The notes under the pieces were generated by a model. The model searched no databases. It was not told the DNA's origin and worked only from the letters and a program-made list of their open reading frames with translations. The translations under genes were made by a program, and so were the position numbers. From positions 4,300 through 68,299 of the forward strand of contig JAVBLU010000007.1 of NCBI GenBank assembly GCA_031553225.1: a stretch of DNA of 64,000 nt. Direction: 5' to 3'. Shown here piece by piece: positions 1-9,109 of the stretch (within the stretch, counting starts at the first letter, position 1; every line of letters starts with the position of its first letter). Source of the stretch: Eubacteriales bacterium (GTDB taxonomy: Bacteria > Bacillota > Clostridia > Christensenellales > UBA1750).

Positions 1-1
1 G

Positions 2-982
2 TACGGCATCGACGGCGTGCACGGCCACACCCTGGAGGCCTTGAACGACGCCTACCACAAAGCGCGCGCCGCGGGCGGGTGCTACCGCCGCGTGCTCAAG
101 GAGCTCTGCCGCATCGAAGCGTCCGTTCTGGACGGGGGCACGCACGACGCCGACCCGCTTTTCTTCCGCACGGCATACAACATCGGCGCTCTGGTGCTGG
201 GCGGCTCGGCGCCTGCCTGCCGCAGGCTTGGCCGGTCGGCCGGCATGCCCGTGCGCAGCCTTGCCGACTACCTGGACGCGGTGGACGCCGTGCTCACGCG
301 CGGCTTTGACGAGCAGGGGTATGCGTGCCTCAAGAGCGCCATGGCCTATATGCGCTCGCTGTCCTTTCCCCTGCCCGCCCCGGCCGAGGCCGAGGCCGCC
401 TTTATGGACAACCAAAGAGCGTACGGCCACCTGCCCGACTGGGACGAGTCCGCCCCCCGCCCCGCGCCCGCGTTCGAGAACTTTGTGATGCACCACATTC
501 TGCGTTTCGCCGGCAAACGCGGCCTTGCCCTTCAGGTACACACGGGCCTGCAGGAGGGAAACGGCAACATTCTGGAGCACAGCCGCCCAACCCTTCTGAG
601 CAACCTGTTCCTCATGTACCCGGAGGTTCGCTTCGACCTGTTCCACATTGCTTACCCGTTCCAGCACGAGCTGTCGGCCCTGTGCAAAAACTTCCCGAAC
701 GTGTTCATCGACATGTGCTGGGCGCACATCATCTCCCCGCGCGCGTCCATGCTCGCCCTGGACGAGTGGCTGGACAGCGTACCCTACAACAAGATCTCCG
801 CCTTTGGGGGCGACTACTGCTTTGTGGACGCGATATACGGCCACCAGCTGCTGGCCAGGCAGGATGTGGCGCGGGTGCTCAGCCGCCGGGTATCCGCCGG
901 CGACATGTCCGCGCAGGCCGCCCTGGACGTGGCCCGGGCCGTGTTCTACGACAACCCCAAACGCATCCTGGGGCTCAGGTAG
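2..982 (+). CDS. Amidohydrolase-family (TIM-barrel metal-dependent hydrolase) protein, 5'-partial
   Basis: Frame is open to the window edge; motifs QVHTG, FDLFHIAYP, DMCWAHIISP and FGGDY are typical of amidohydrolase_2/uronate-isomerase-like proteins. Confidence 0.8.
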   Translation, partial: YGIDGVHGHTLEALNDAYHKARAAGGCYRRVLKELCRIEASVLDGGTHDADPLFFRTAYNIGALVLGGSAPACRRLGRSAGMPVRSLADYLDAVDAVLTRGFDEQGYACLKSAMAYMRSLSFPLPAPAEAEAAFMDNQRAYGHLPDWDESAPRPAPAFENFVMHHILRFAGKRGLALQVHTGLQEGNGNILEHSRPTLLSNLFLMYPEVRFDLFHIAYPFQHELSALCKNFPNVFIDMCWAHIISPRASMLALDEWLDSVPYNKISAFGGDYCFVDAIYGHQLLARQDVARVLSRRVSAGDMSAQAALDVARAVFYDNPKRILGLR

Positions 983-1002
983 ACGATGCTTCCGGCGTGA
1001 AA

Positions 1003-1032
1003 AAGCGCCCGTCCCGGCCGGGACGGGCGCTT
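1003..1032. terminator. Perfect 30-bp palindrome between convergent genes, likely terminator
   Basis: aagcgcccgtcccgg|ccgggacgggcgctt. Confidence 0.7.
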
Positions 1033-1051
1033 GTCGCGGGGGGGGCTTTGT

Positions 1052-1555
1052 CTATTTCTCCCAAATGGCTACGATTTCCCCGTAGATCATATAGTGCGGA
1101 TCGCCCTTGCCGTACCAGCGGGCGGCGATCTCCTCGGGGATGGGCGTGAGCGCCATGTCCAGCTGGTGTACCACGCGGCACTCGATGTGCAGGTCGGCCT
1201 CGGCGACGACCGGCGCGTCCACCGCCGAAGCGTTTTGCGGCGTAATGCCCGCGGCTTTCCACTTGTCGATGTCGCGGCCGGATTTCGTGCCGCACAGGGC
1301 GAGGGCGTCCGCCATGGCGCCGCGGGGGATGGACACGGTGAACACGCCCGAATTCTGTATGAGCGGCAGCGTATAGCGCGAGTGGCGCACGGGCGCGAGA
1401 AAGACGCCCCGCCCCCAGAAGTAGCCCACCGCGCCCCAGCCGATGGTCATGGTGTTCTGCGCGCCCTCGCATCTTGCCGAGAGGAACACGCCTTCCTTTT
1501 TGTCAAACTTCTCCGCCAACAGAGCCGCGGCCTGGGAAAGGCTCGCCTTCGTCAC
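1052..1555 (-). CDS. Flavin reductase family protein
   Basis: NTMTIGWG, VRHSRYT, FTVSIP, CGTKSGRDIDK and C-terminal HYMIYGEI motifs. Confidence 0.9.
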   Translation of the reverse strand: MTKASLSQAAALLAEKFDKKEGVFLSARCEGAQNTMTIGWGAVGYFWGRGVFLAPVRHSRYTLPLIQNSGVFTVSIPRGAMADALALCGTKSGRDIDKWKAAGITPQNASAVDAPVVAEADLHIECRVVHQLDMALTPIPEEIAARWYGKGDPHYMIYGEIVAIWEK

Positions 1556-1728
1556 TGCGCGTCACCCCTTTTTTGATCATGCCCACATTATACATCGTCC
1601 GGCCGCAAAACAGAAGACCCCGGCCAACGCCGGGGCCTTATACCCGCGGAAGGGATGCGCGCGCCTTTATCACCAGGCGGCATACAGGCGTTACAGTTGC
1701 GCCTGGGGCTCCGGGGCCCGCCCGATCG

Positions 1729-1929
1729 TCAGTCCCGAACGATTTCGCGCTGCCGGAACAGCAGGGTGATGGACCACAGGCCCGCAAGCCCGATGACAGA
1801 GTAAACGATGCGGGAGAGAAGCATGGCCTGCCCGCCAAAGATAAAGGACACGAAGTCAAACTGGAACAGGCCCACGAGCAGCCAATTGACCGCGCCCAGA
1901 ATAACGAGCACCAAAGCAAACCGATCCAA
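1729..1929 (-). CDS. DUF378 (YuzA-like) small membrane protein
   Basis: LVILGAVNWLLVGLFQFDFV...SRIVYSVIGLAGLW signature; TTG start 10 nt after AAGGAG. Confidence 0.9.
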   Translation of the reverse strand: MDRFALVLVILGAVNWLLVGLFQFDFVSFIFGGQAMLLSRIVYSVIGLAGLWSITLLFRQREIVRD

Positions 1930-2020
1930 ACAAATGCATCTCCTTTGAACGTTTGCTTCTATGATGCCCCATCCGGTCGAAAATCCATACAAAATGGCGT
2001 TTGGGTGCATTTTCCATGCA

Positions 2021-4204
2021 CTACTTTCTGGGCCAGGCCGCAATAAGGGTGGCGACGAGCGCCACGCCCACGTCCGCGAACACGGCCATCCACATGCCCG
2101 CGAGCCCCAGCGCGCCCAGCAGCAATACGGCCGCCTTCACGCTGAGCGCCATGGCGATGTTGAAGGCCACAACGCGGCGCGTCTCCCGGGCGATGCGCAT
2201 AGCGTCGGGCAGGCGGCCGATATCGTCGGTCATCAGTACGATGTCCGCCGCCTCGATGGCCGCGTCCGATCCAAGCGCGCCCATGGCGATGCCCACATCC
2301 GCTGAGGCGAGCACCGGCGCGTCGTTGATGCCGTCGCCCACAAACGCCGTCACCGCGCCCTTCTCCTGCCCGGCCATGATGGCCTGCAGCCGTTCCACCT
2401 TGCCGCCGGGCAGCAGGTCGGCGTGCACCTCGTCCAGGGGCAGCCCTTCGGCCATGCGCAGGGCGATGGCCCGGCGGTCGCCGGTGAGCATGGCCATGCG
2501 ACGCACGCCCGCGCGGCGCAGGGCGAGCAGCGTTTCCTGCACGCCGCTCTTAAGCTCGTCGGCCACCACGATGTAGCCCAGGTACTGGCCGCCGCGGGCG
2601 ACATGCACCGCGCCCTCGCTCTCCTGCGGGCAGGCGACGCCCCGGTCGTTGAGCAGGCGGGCGGCTCCGACGATCGTCTCCTCGCCGTCCACCAGAGCGG
2701 ACACGCCCAGGCCGGCGTGCTCGGTCACGTTTTGCGCGCTTAGGCCGCTCTCCCCCGCCGCGGCGATCGCTTTGGCCACGGGGTGGGTGGAGAACCGCTC
2801 GCACGCCGCGGCGATGGCCAGAAGCGACTCGGGCGCAACGCCCTGCGCGCCGCGCACGTCCGTCACCTGCAGCGCCCCTTTGGTGAGGGTGCCGGTCTTG
2901 TCGAACACCAGCGTATGCAGGCGCGCCAGCGCTTCCAGGTAATTGCCGCCCTTGACGAGCACACCCCGGCGCGAGCACGCGCCGATGCCCGAAAAGAACC
3001 CCAGCGGTATGGAGATGACCAGCGCGCACGGGCAGGAAACAACCAGAAACACGAGCGCCCGGTTGAGCCACATGGCGAACGGCTGCCCGAAGAGGAGAGG
3101 CGGTATGGCCGCCAGCAACGCCGCCAAAGCGATGACCAGCGGCGTGTACACGCGCGAGAACCGGGTGATGAACTGCTCGGTGGGCGCTTTTTGCGCAGCG
3201 GCGTTCTGCACCATATCCAAAATGCGCGACATGGTGGACTCGGCAAAGGGCTTTTGCACGCGCGCGGTCAATACGGCGCTCTTGTTCACCGCGCCGGAGA
3301 GCAGGCTTCCGCCCGGCCCCACCTCGCGCGGCACGGATTCGCCGGTGAGCGCAGAGGTATCCAGCTGGGAGCGGCCGTCCGTCACCTCGCTGTCCAGCGG
3401 CACGCGTTCGCCCGGCCAAATGACGATGTTCTCGCCCACGGCCACGTCCTGCGCGGGCAGAAGCGTCTCCCGACCGCCGCGCAGTACGCGCGCGCGATCC
3501 GGCCGGATGTCCATCAGCGCGCGGATGGAGCGCATGGAGCGGCGCAGCGCGGCGTTTTGAAAGTACTCGCCCACCTGATAGAAGACCATAACGCCCACGG
3601 CCTCGGCATAGTCGCCCAGGGCGATAGCGCCCACCGTGGCGATGGCCATCAGGAAGTTTTCGTCGAACAAGCGGCCGCGCAGCGTGTTGCGCAGCGCGCG
3701 GTACAGCACGTCGTACCCGGCCAGCGCATAGGCGCACAGAAGCAGCGCCGTCCGGAGGGGCGCGGGCAGGGGAAGCGCCGCGCACGCGATGAGAAGCGCC
3801 AGTGCGACGCCCACGCGCGCCCAAAGCACGCCCACGCCGCGTGCGCCTCCTGCGCGGTCGCCGTCGTGAGCGCCGCCGTCTTCCTCCACGTGGTCGTGGG
3901 CGTGCCCGCGCGCGCCGTCCTGTCCGGCGTGGCTATGATCGCAGCCGCAGCCGCGCTCCGCAGACTCTGCGTCCGCCTCCTGGCCGCCGAAGCGCAGCGT
4001 GACGCCCGGTTCGCAGCGGCGCACCACGCTTATCATGCGCGCGCGCGTCTCCGGTTCCGCCCGGCCGGCCACCCCTTCGTAGATGAGCAGGTCGGCGGTG
4101 ATATCGATGTGCGCCCGCCGCACCGCGCCCGCGCGCACGAGTGCGTCGGATAGCTGGCTTGCGCAGTTCGGGCAGTCGACGCCCTTGATCGTGCACTGTG
4201 CCAT
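2021..4204 (-). CDS. cadA: Heavy-metal (Zn/Cd/Pb) P1B-type ATPase
   Basis: HMA motif GVDCPNC, His-rich linker, LTGES, SCPCAL, DKTGTLT and GDGINDAP; start reassigned to ATG at 4204 (MAQCTIKG). Confidence 0.95.
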   Translation of the reverse strand: MAQCTIKGVDCPNCASQLSDALVRAGAVRRAHIDITADLLIYEGVAGRAEPETRARMISVVRRCEPGVTLRFGGQEADAESAERGCGCDHSHAGQDGARGHAHDHVEEDGGAHDGDRAGGARGVGVLWARVGVALALLIACAALPLPAPLRTALLLCAYALAGYDVLYRALRNTLRGRLFDENFLMAIATVGAIALGDYAEAVGVMVFYQVGEYFQNAALRRSMRSIRALMDIRPDRARVLRGGRETLLPAQDVAVGENIVIWPGERVPLDSEVTDGRSQLDTSALTGESVPREVGPGGSLLSGAVNKSAVLTARVQKPFAESTMSRILDMVQNAAAQKAPTEQFITRFSRVYTPLVIALAALLAAIPPLLFGQPFAMWLNRALVFLVVSCPCALVISIPLGFFSGIGACSRRGVLVKGGNYLEALARLHTLVFDKTGTLTKGALQVTDVRGAQGVAPESLLAIAAACERFSTHPVAKAIAAAGESGLSAQNVTEHAGLGVSALVDGEETIVGAARLLNDRGVACPQESEGAVHVARGGQYLGYIVVADELKSGVQETLLALRRAGVRRMAMLTGDRRAIALRMAEGLPLDEVHADLLPGGKVERLQAIMAGQEKGAVTAFVGDGINDAPVLASADVGIAMGALGSDAAIEAADIVLMTDDIGRLPDAMRIARETRRVVAFNIAMALSVKAAVLLLGALGLAGMWMAVFADVGVALVATLIAAWPRK

Positions 4205-4209
4205 GCGCT

Positions 4210-4614
4210 TCACTCTCCCGTCTGTTCGCCGTCTTCGTCGGAGCCGTGCCGTTCCGTGATATGCGCGATGCCCTGCGCAAAGACCGTCTGCACGTGCTCG
4301 TCCATCAGCGCATAGGCGATCTGTTTCCCCTGCCGCCTTCCCTGCACCAGGCGCGCCTGCTTGAGGACGCGCAGCTGGTGCGACACGGCCGACTGGGTCA
4401 TGCCCAGGAACTCGGCGATGTGACACACGCATAACGGGCCGTCGCTTAGGGCGAACAGGATGCGCACGCGCGTGCTGTCGCCCAGCACGCGGTAAAAGTC
4501 CGACAGGTTGTACAGGGTCTCCTCTCCGGGCATGCGCTGGGCCAGCGCAGCCATGCGCGCCTCGTGCTCCGCGATGATGTGGCCGGGTTCGCCGCAGGCG
4601 CAGGTCTCCGTCAT
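4210..4614 (-). CDS. ArsR/SmtB-family metal-sensing repressor (CadC/ZiaR-like)
   Basis: GDSTRVRIL, LCVCHIA, SQSAVSHQLRVLKQARLV and an alpha5-type DEHV...AHITE site; ATG after GAGGTG. Confidence 0.92.
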   Translation of the reverse strand: MTETCACGEPGHIIAEHEARMAALAQRMPGEETLYNLSDFYRVLGDSTRVRILFALSDGPLCVCHIAEFLGMTQSAVSHQLRVLKQARLVQGRRQGKQIAYALMDEHVQTVFAQGIAHITERHGSDEDGEQTGE

Positions 4615-4630
4615 CCCAATCACCTCAATT

Positions 4631-4652
4631 CATATGATCAACTGTTCATATG
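4631..4652. promoter_or_regulatory. SmtB/ArsR-type operator (inverted repeat)
   Basis: CATATGA-N8-TCATATG; the minus strand reads ATGAACAGTTGATCAT, resembling the SmtB core TGAACAGTTATTCA; lies between promoter and RBS. Confidence 0.8.
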
Positions 4653-4662
4653 TTCTGGGCTC

Positions 4663-4691
4663 ATTATATGCCCACGCCATGGTTATGTCAA
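4663..4691 (-). promoter_or_regulatory. sigmaA promoter of the arsR-cadA operon
   Basis: Exact TTGACA-17 nt-TATAAT on the minus strand. Confidence 0.9.
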
Positions 4692-4759
4692 GGGCATCTT
4701 TCTTCTGACCGGCCGTTGTGCTATACTTTTTATATAATCCGCATTGAAGGGGTGTGCCC

Positions 4760-5458
4760 ATGAGCCGTTTGGGCGATATGATCAAAAAGGAGCGGGAGAG
4801 CCGCAAGCTGTCCCCCCGCGACGCTGCGCGCGCCTGCGGGGTGGCGGAAGGCTACCTGTCGGAGGTAGAGTCCGGCCGCCGCATCATCAACGACGCGGAG
4901 GCCGCGCGCATTCTGCGCCGCATGGGCGCCGTGCAGCCCCAGGGCGATATGGGCGAGGCGAACTGGCTGGACGAAGCCCCCGCCGCCCCCAAAACGCCCG
5001 AACGCCCGGCCGCAAAGCCGGCGAGCCCGCCGGCAAGAAAGGACGAGGGCCCGGCGGACGCTTGGCTGGACGCGCTGGGCGGGGTGATGCGCCGCGTGCC
5101 CGTGCTGGACGCGGGCGGGCGCACGCTCGAGTACCGCCCCATGCCCGTGATGGGCGGCCTCATCGAGGGCGCGCCCGCGGACAAGGTTTTTTATTACCGC
5201 ATGCCGGACGACGCGCTGCTCGGCTACCGCCTGCGCGCGGGCGACCTGCTCTTCTGCGTGCCCGTCGCCGCCCCGCCCGAAGAAGCGACCCTGGTCTTTT
5301 CCCTGAAGGGCCAAACGCTGTGCCGCCGCGTGCAAAAGCTGGAGGGAAACCGGCTGCTTGTGCAAACGCTGGACGCGCGGCCCGCCTCGCAAACGCTTGC
5401 CCTGCGCGACGTTACGATTCTGGGACGGGCCGTGCGCGCGGAAATCTTGCTGCAATAA
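4760..5458 (+). CDS. XRE-family HTH regulator with C-terminal S24/LexA-like domain lacking the catalytic Ser/Lys
   Basis: N-terminal LGDMIKKERESRKLSPRDAARACGVAEGYLSEVESGRR; C-terminal RVPVL...YRMPDDALLGYRLRAGDLL...TLCRRV. Confidence 0.8.
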   Translation: MSRLGDMIKKERESRKLSPRDAARACGVAEGYLSEVESGRRIINDAEAARILRRMGAVQPQGDMGEANWLDEAPAAPKTPERPAAKPASPPARKDEGPADAWLDALGGVMRRVPVLDAGGRTLEYRPMPVMGGLIEGAPADKVFYYRMPDDALLGYRLRAGDLLFCVPVAAPPEEATLVFSLKGQTLCRRVQKLEGNRLLVQTLDARPASQTLALRDVTILGRAVRAEILLQ

Positions 5459-5476
5459 TACGCGGAAAGGATCCCC

Positions 5477-8400
5477 ATGGCTTTCTGTCATCTGCATCTG
5501 CATACCGAATACTCGCTGCTGGACGGCGCATGCCGCATCGGGCCGCTGGTTGCGCGCGCCAAGGAACTGCAGATGACGCATTTGGCCATCACCGACCACG
5601 GCGTTTTGTACGGCGCGGTGGATTTCTACCGCGCCTGCAAGGACGCGGGCATCGTGCCGGTGATCGGCTGCGAGGTGTACGTGGCCCCGGGCAGCATGCA
5701 GGATAAAACCTCCGCCGCGCGCGAGTACGCGCACCTGGTGCTGCTGTGCGAGAACCAAAAAGGCTGGCAGAACCTGATGGAGCTGTCCTCGCTTGGGTTT
5801 ACAAAGGGGTTCTACTATAAGCCGCGCATCGACTACGAAACGCTGGAGGCGCACGCCGAGGGACTCATCGCGCTGTCGGCCTGCCTTTCGGGCGACATCC
5901 CCCGCGCGCTGCTGGACGGCCGCTACGACACGGCCAAGGCCTTGGCGCTGCGGCTTGCCCGCGCCATGGGGCCGGATCGCTTCTATTTGGAAATGCAGGA
6001 GAACGGCCTTGCCGATCAGCGCGTGGTGAACCGCGAAATACAGCGTCTGGCGGCGGACACCGCCCTTCCCCTTGTGGCCACAAACGACGTGCACTACCTG
6101 CGTCAAAGCGACGCGCGCGCGCAGGAAGTGCTTATGTGCATCCAAACGAACAAGACGATGGACGATCCCGGCCGCATGCGCATGGAAACGGACGCGCTGT
6201 ACCTGCGCTCGGAGGAGGAGATGCGGGCGCTGTTCTCGTACTGCCCGCAGGCCGTGGAGAACGCGGCGCTGATCGCCGGCCGATGCCAAGTGGATTTTGA
6301 CTTTAAGTCGCGCCACCTGCCGCGTTTTACCCCGCCCGAAGGGGAAACGCCCGAGAACATGCTGCGCAGGCTGTGTGAAAAGGGCCTGCACGAGCGCTTT
6401 GCCGAGCCCGCGCAGGAGGCGTGGGACCGGCTGAACTACGAGCTCGCCATGATCGCTCACATGGGCTTTACGGAGTATTTCCTCATCGTTTGGGACTTCA
6501 TACGCTACGCGCGGGAAAACCACATTCTGGTGGGCCCGGGACGGGGCAGCGGCGCGGGATCGCTTGTGGCGTACACGCTGTATATCACGGGCGTGGACCC
6601 GCTCGCCTGCGGACTGATCTTCGAGCGGTTCTTAAACCCCGACCGCATCTCCATGCCCGATCTGGACATCGATTTTTGCTACGAGCGCCGGCAAAAGGTG
6701 ATCGACTATGTGACGGCGCGCTACGGGTCCGACCGCGTCTGCCAGATCATCACCTTCGGCACCATGGCGGCCCGCGCCGTGCTGCGCGACGTGGGACGGG
6801 CGCTGGGTTTCGCCTACAACGAGGTGGACCCCATCGCCAAGCTCGTGCCCTTCGCGCTGGACATGACGCTGGACAAGGCTTTAACCGTAAGCGCCGACCT
6901 GAAGAGCATGTACGACTCGGACGGGCGCGTACGGGAGCTGTACGACACGGCGCGCGCCCTGGAGGGCATGCCGCGCCACGCCTCCACGCACGCGGCGGGC
7001 GTGCTCATCACCGCCGATCCTGTCACGCGCTACGTGCCCGTGCAGACGAACGACGAGGTGGTCACCACCCAGTTCCCCATGAACACGGTGGAGAAGCTTG
7101 GCCTTCTGAAGATGGATTTTTTGGGGTTGCGCACGCTGACCGTGCTGCGCGATACCATGGTGATGCTGGGAGCCCGCGAGGACGAGGTGGAGGCCCGGCT
7201 GGCGGCCATCCCTTTAGACGACGAGGCGACCTACGCCCTTCTTGGCAGCGGGGACACGGACGGCGTGTTCCAAATGGAGTCCGGCGGCATGCGCCGCGTG
7301 CTTGTGGAGCTGAAACCGCACAGCCTGGAGGAGATTACCGCCGTCATATCCCTGTACCGGCCGGGGCCCATGGAGTCCATCCCCCGCTACATCGCCGGAA
7401 AAAAGAACCCCTCTCTTGTCACCTATCTGCACGAGTCGCTGGAGCCTATCCTGAACACCTCCTACGGCTGCATGGTGTACCAGGAGCAGGTGCTGCAGAT
7501 CGTACGCGACGTGGGCGGTTTTTCCATGGGCCGCGCCGACCTGATGCGCCGCGCCATGAGCAAAAAACAAAGGGACGTGATGGCCAGCGAAGGCGAGCAC
7601 TTCATCCGCGGAGCCATGGACAAGGGCATGCCCGAGGCGGCGGCCCGCCAGTTGTTTGACGAGATGAGCGCCTTTGCGCAGTACGCCTTCAACAAATCGC
7701 ATGCGGCAGCCTATGCGCTGATCGCCTACCAAACCGCGTACCTGAAGTACCATCACCCGCGCGAACTGATGGCGGCGCTCATGAACTCCATGCTGGGCAA
7801 CACGCAGAAAATCGCAGCGTATATACAGGGCCTCAAGCGCAAGGATATCCTCGCCCTGCCTCCGCACGTGAACCGCTCGGGGGCGCAGTTCTGCGTTGAA
7901 GAGGGCGGCCTTCGCTTCGGGCTCTCGGGCGTGAAAAACGTGGGACACACAGCGGTCGCGCACATCGTTTCCGAGCGGGAGCGCGCGCCCTTCACCGGCC
8001 TTGCGGACTTTTGCCGCCGCGCGGGCGAGGCGGCGGGCAAGCGGGGGCTGGAGTCCCTGATACGAGCGGGTGCGCTGGACGGCCTGGGCGCGAGCCGCGC
8101 GCAGATGATGGCCGTGTTCGAGCGCTTTATGGACGGCATGGCGGGCGAGCGCCGCCGCCAGGTGGAGGGACAGGTGTCCCTGTTTGGCGGGGAGATTGCC
8201 GAAGCCGCGCCGCCTCCGCTCCCTCAGGTGCCCGACTACCCGCCCCGCTACGCCCTGCAGCTGGAGAAGGAGGTGACGGGCATCTACCTGTCCGGCCACC
8301 CGCTGGACAGCATGCGCCCGCTGCTTGACCAGCTGGACGTGAACACCTCGCTGTTGTACGAGATGGCCGAGGAAGAGGACGCGCAGGCCCGCTACGATAA

Positions 8401-9037
8401 CATGCCCGTGCACCTGGGCGGCATCATCACCCAAAGCCGCCGCAAGCTGACGCGCAAAAACGCCATGATGGCCTTTGTGACGCTGGAGGACCTGTACGGA
8501 GCGATTGAAGCGCTCGTGTTTCCCAAGGCGGTGGAGCTGACCCCCCAGCTGCTGGAGGCCGACTCGTGCGTGGTGCTCCACGGGCGGCTCTCGCTGCGCG
8601 AGGATGAGGAGCCCAAGGTGGTTGTGGAGGCCGTCACGCCGCTGACGCAGGAAGGCCTGGCCGCTCCGCAGCGCTTTGCAGGGGGCGGCCGCTACGCAAA
8701 CGGCGGCGGGAACGGCAGCTATGCGCAGAAAACCCCTCCGCCGTCGCCGGAGGGGCCTGGGCCATACGATATGCCCGCGGAGGCGGCCGAGCCGGATCTG
8801 CCGCCCAAGTGCCCGGCATGCGGCGCGGCGCTGGTAAAGAGCAAAAAGGGCGGCTTTGGCTGCTCGCGCTTTCGCGAGGGCTGCCGCTTCGCCGTACCCG
8901 TGGACGCGCTGAAGAGCCTGGGCGGTCCGGCCATTGACGAAACTCTTCTGCTTCGCGCGCTGCGCGAGCGCGCCGCCGCCGTACCGGGCGGAACGGTTCT
9001 CCTGACGGACACGGGCCTGAGCTACACCCCGTTCTAG
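5477..9037 (+). CDS. dnaE: DNA polymerase III alpha subunit with atypical C-terminal zinc-ribbon extension
   Basis: PHP motifs HLHLHTEYSLLDG, TDHG and TNDVHY; GRGSGAGS, SMPDLDIDF, FNKSHA; OB fold; tail CPACG...FGCSRFREGCRF. Confidence 0.97.
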   Translation: MAFCHLHLHTEYSLLDGACRIGPLVARAKELQMTHLAITDHGVLYGAVDFYRACKDAGIVPVIGCEVYVAPGSMQDKTSAAREYAHLVLLCENQKGWQNLMELSSLGFTKGFYYKPRIDYETLEAHAEGLIALSACLSGDIPRALLDGRYDTAKALALRLARAMGPDRFYLEMQENGLADQRVVNREIQRLAADTALPLVATNDVHYLRQSDARAQEVLMCIQTNKTMDDPGRMRMETDALYLRSEEEMRALFSYCPQAVENAALIAGRCQVDFDFKSRHLPRFTPPEGETPENMLRRLCEKGLHERFAEPAQEAWDRLNYELAMIAHMGFTEYFLIVWDFIRYARENHILVGPGRGSGAGSLVAYTLYITGVDPLACGLIFERFLNPDRISMPDLDIDFCYERRQKVIDYVTARYGSDRVCQIITFGTMAARAVLRDVGRALGFAYNEVDPIAKLVPFALDMTLDKALTVSADLKSMYDSDGRVRELYDTARALEGMPRHASTHAAGVLITADPVTRYVPVQTNDEVVTTQFPMNTVEKLGLLKMDFLGLRTLTVLRDTMVMLGAREDEVEARLAAIPLDDEATYALLGSGDTDGVFQMESGGMRRVLVELKPHSLEEITAVISLYRPGPMESIPRYIAGKKNPSLVTYLHESLEPILNTSYGCMVYQEQVLQIVRDVGGFSMGRADLMRRAMSKKQRDVMASEGEHFIRGAMDKGMPEAAARQLFDEMSAFAQYAFNKSHAAAYALIAYQTAYLKYHHPRELMAALMNSMLGNTQKIAAYIQGLKRKDILALPPHVNRSGAQFCVEEGGLRFGLSGVKNVGHTAVAHIVSERERAPFTGLADFCRRAGEAAGKRGLESLIRAGALDGLGASRAQMMAVFERFMDGMAGERRRQVEGQVSLFGGEIAEAAPPPLPQVPDYPPRYALQLEKEVTGIYLSGHPLDSMRPLLDQLDVNTSLLYEMAEEEDAQARYDNMPVHLGGIITQSRRKLTRKNAMMAFVTLEDLYGAIEALVFPKAVELTPQLLEADSCVVLHGRLSLREDEEPKVVVEAVTPLTQEGLAAPQRFAGGGRYANGGGNGSYAQKTPPPSPEGPGPYDMPAEAAEPDLPPKCPACGAALVKSKKGGFGCSRFREGCRFAVPVDALKSLGGPAIDETLLLRALRERAAAVPGGTVLLTDTGLSYTPF

Positions 9038-9109
9038 CCCGCCTGCTGCCGACATGCCGCCGAAGCGCGCCGCATGCGGGCTTCGTCCGCTTTTATCAGG
9101 CCGCCGCGC

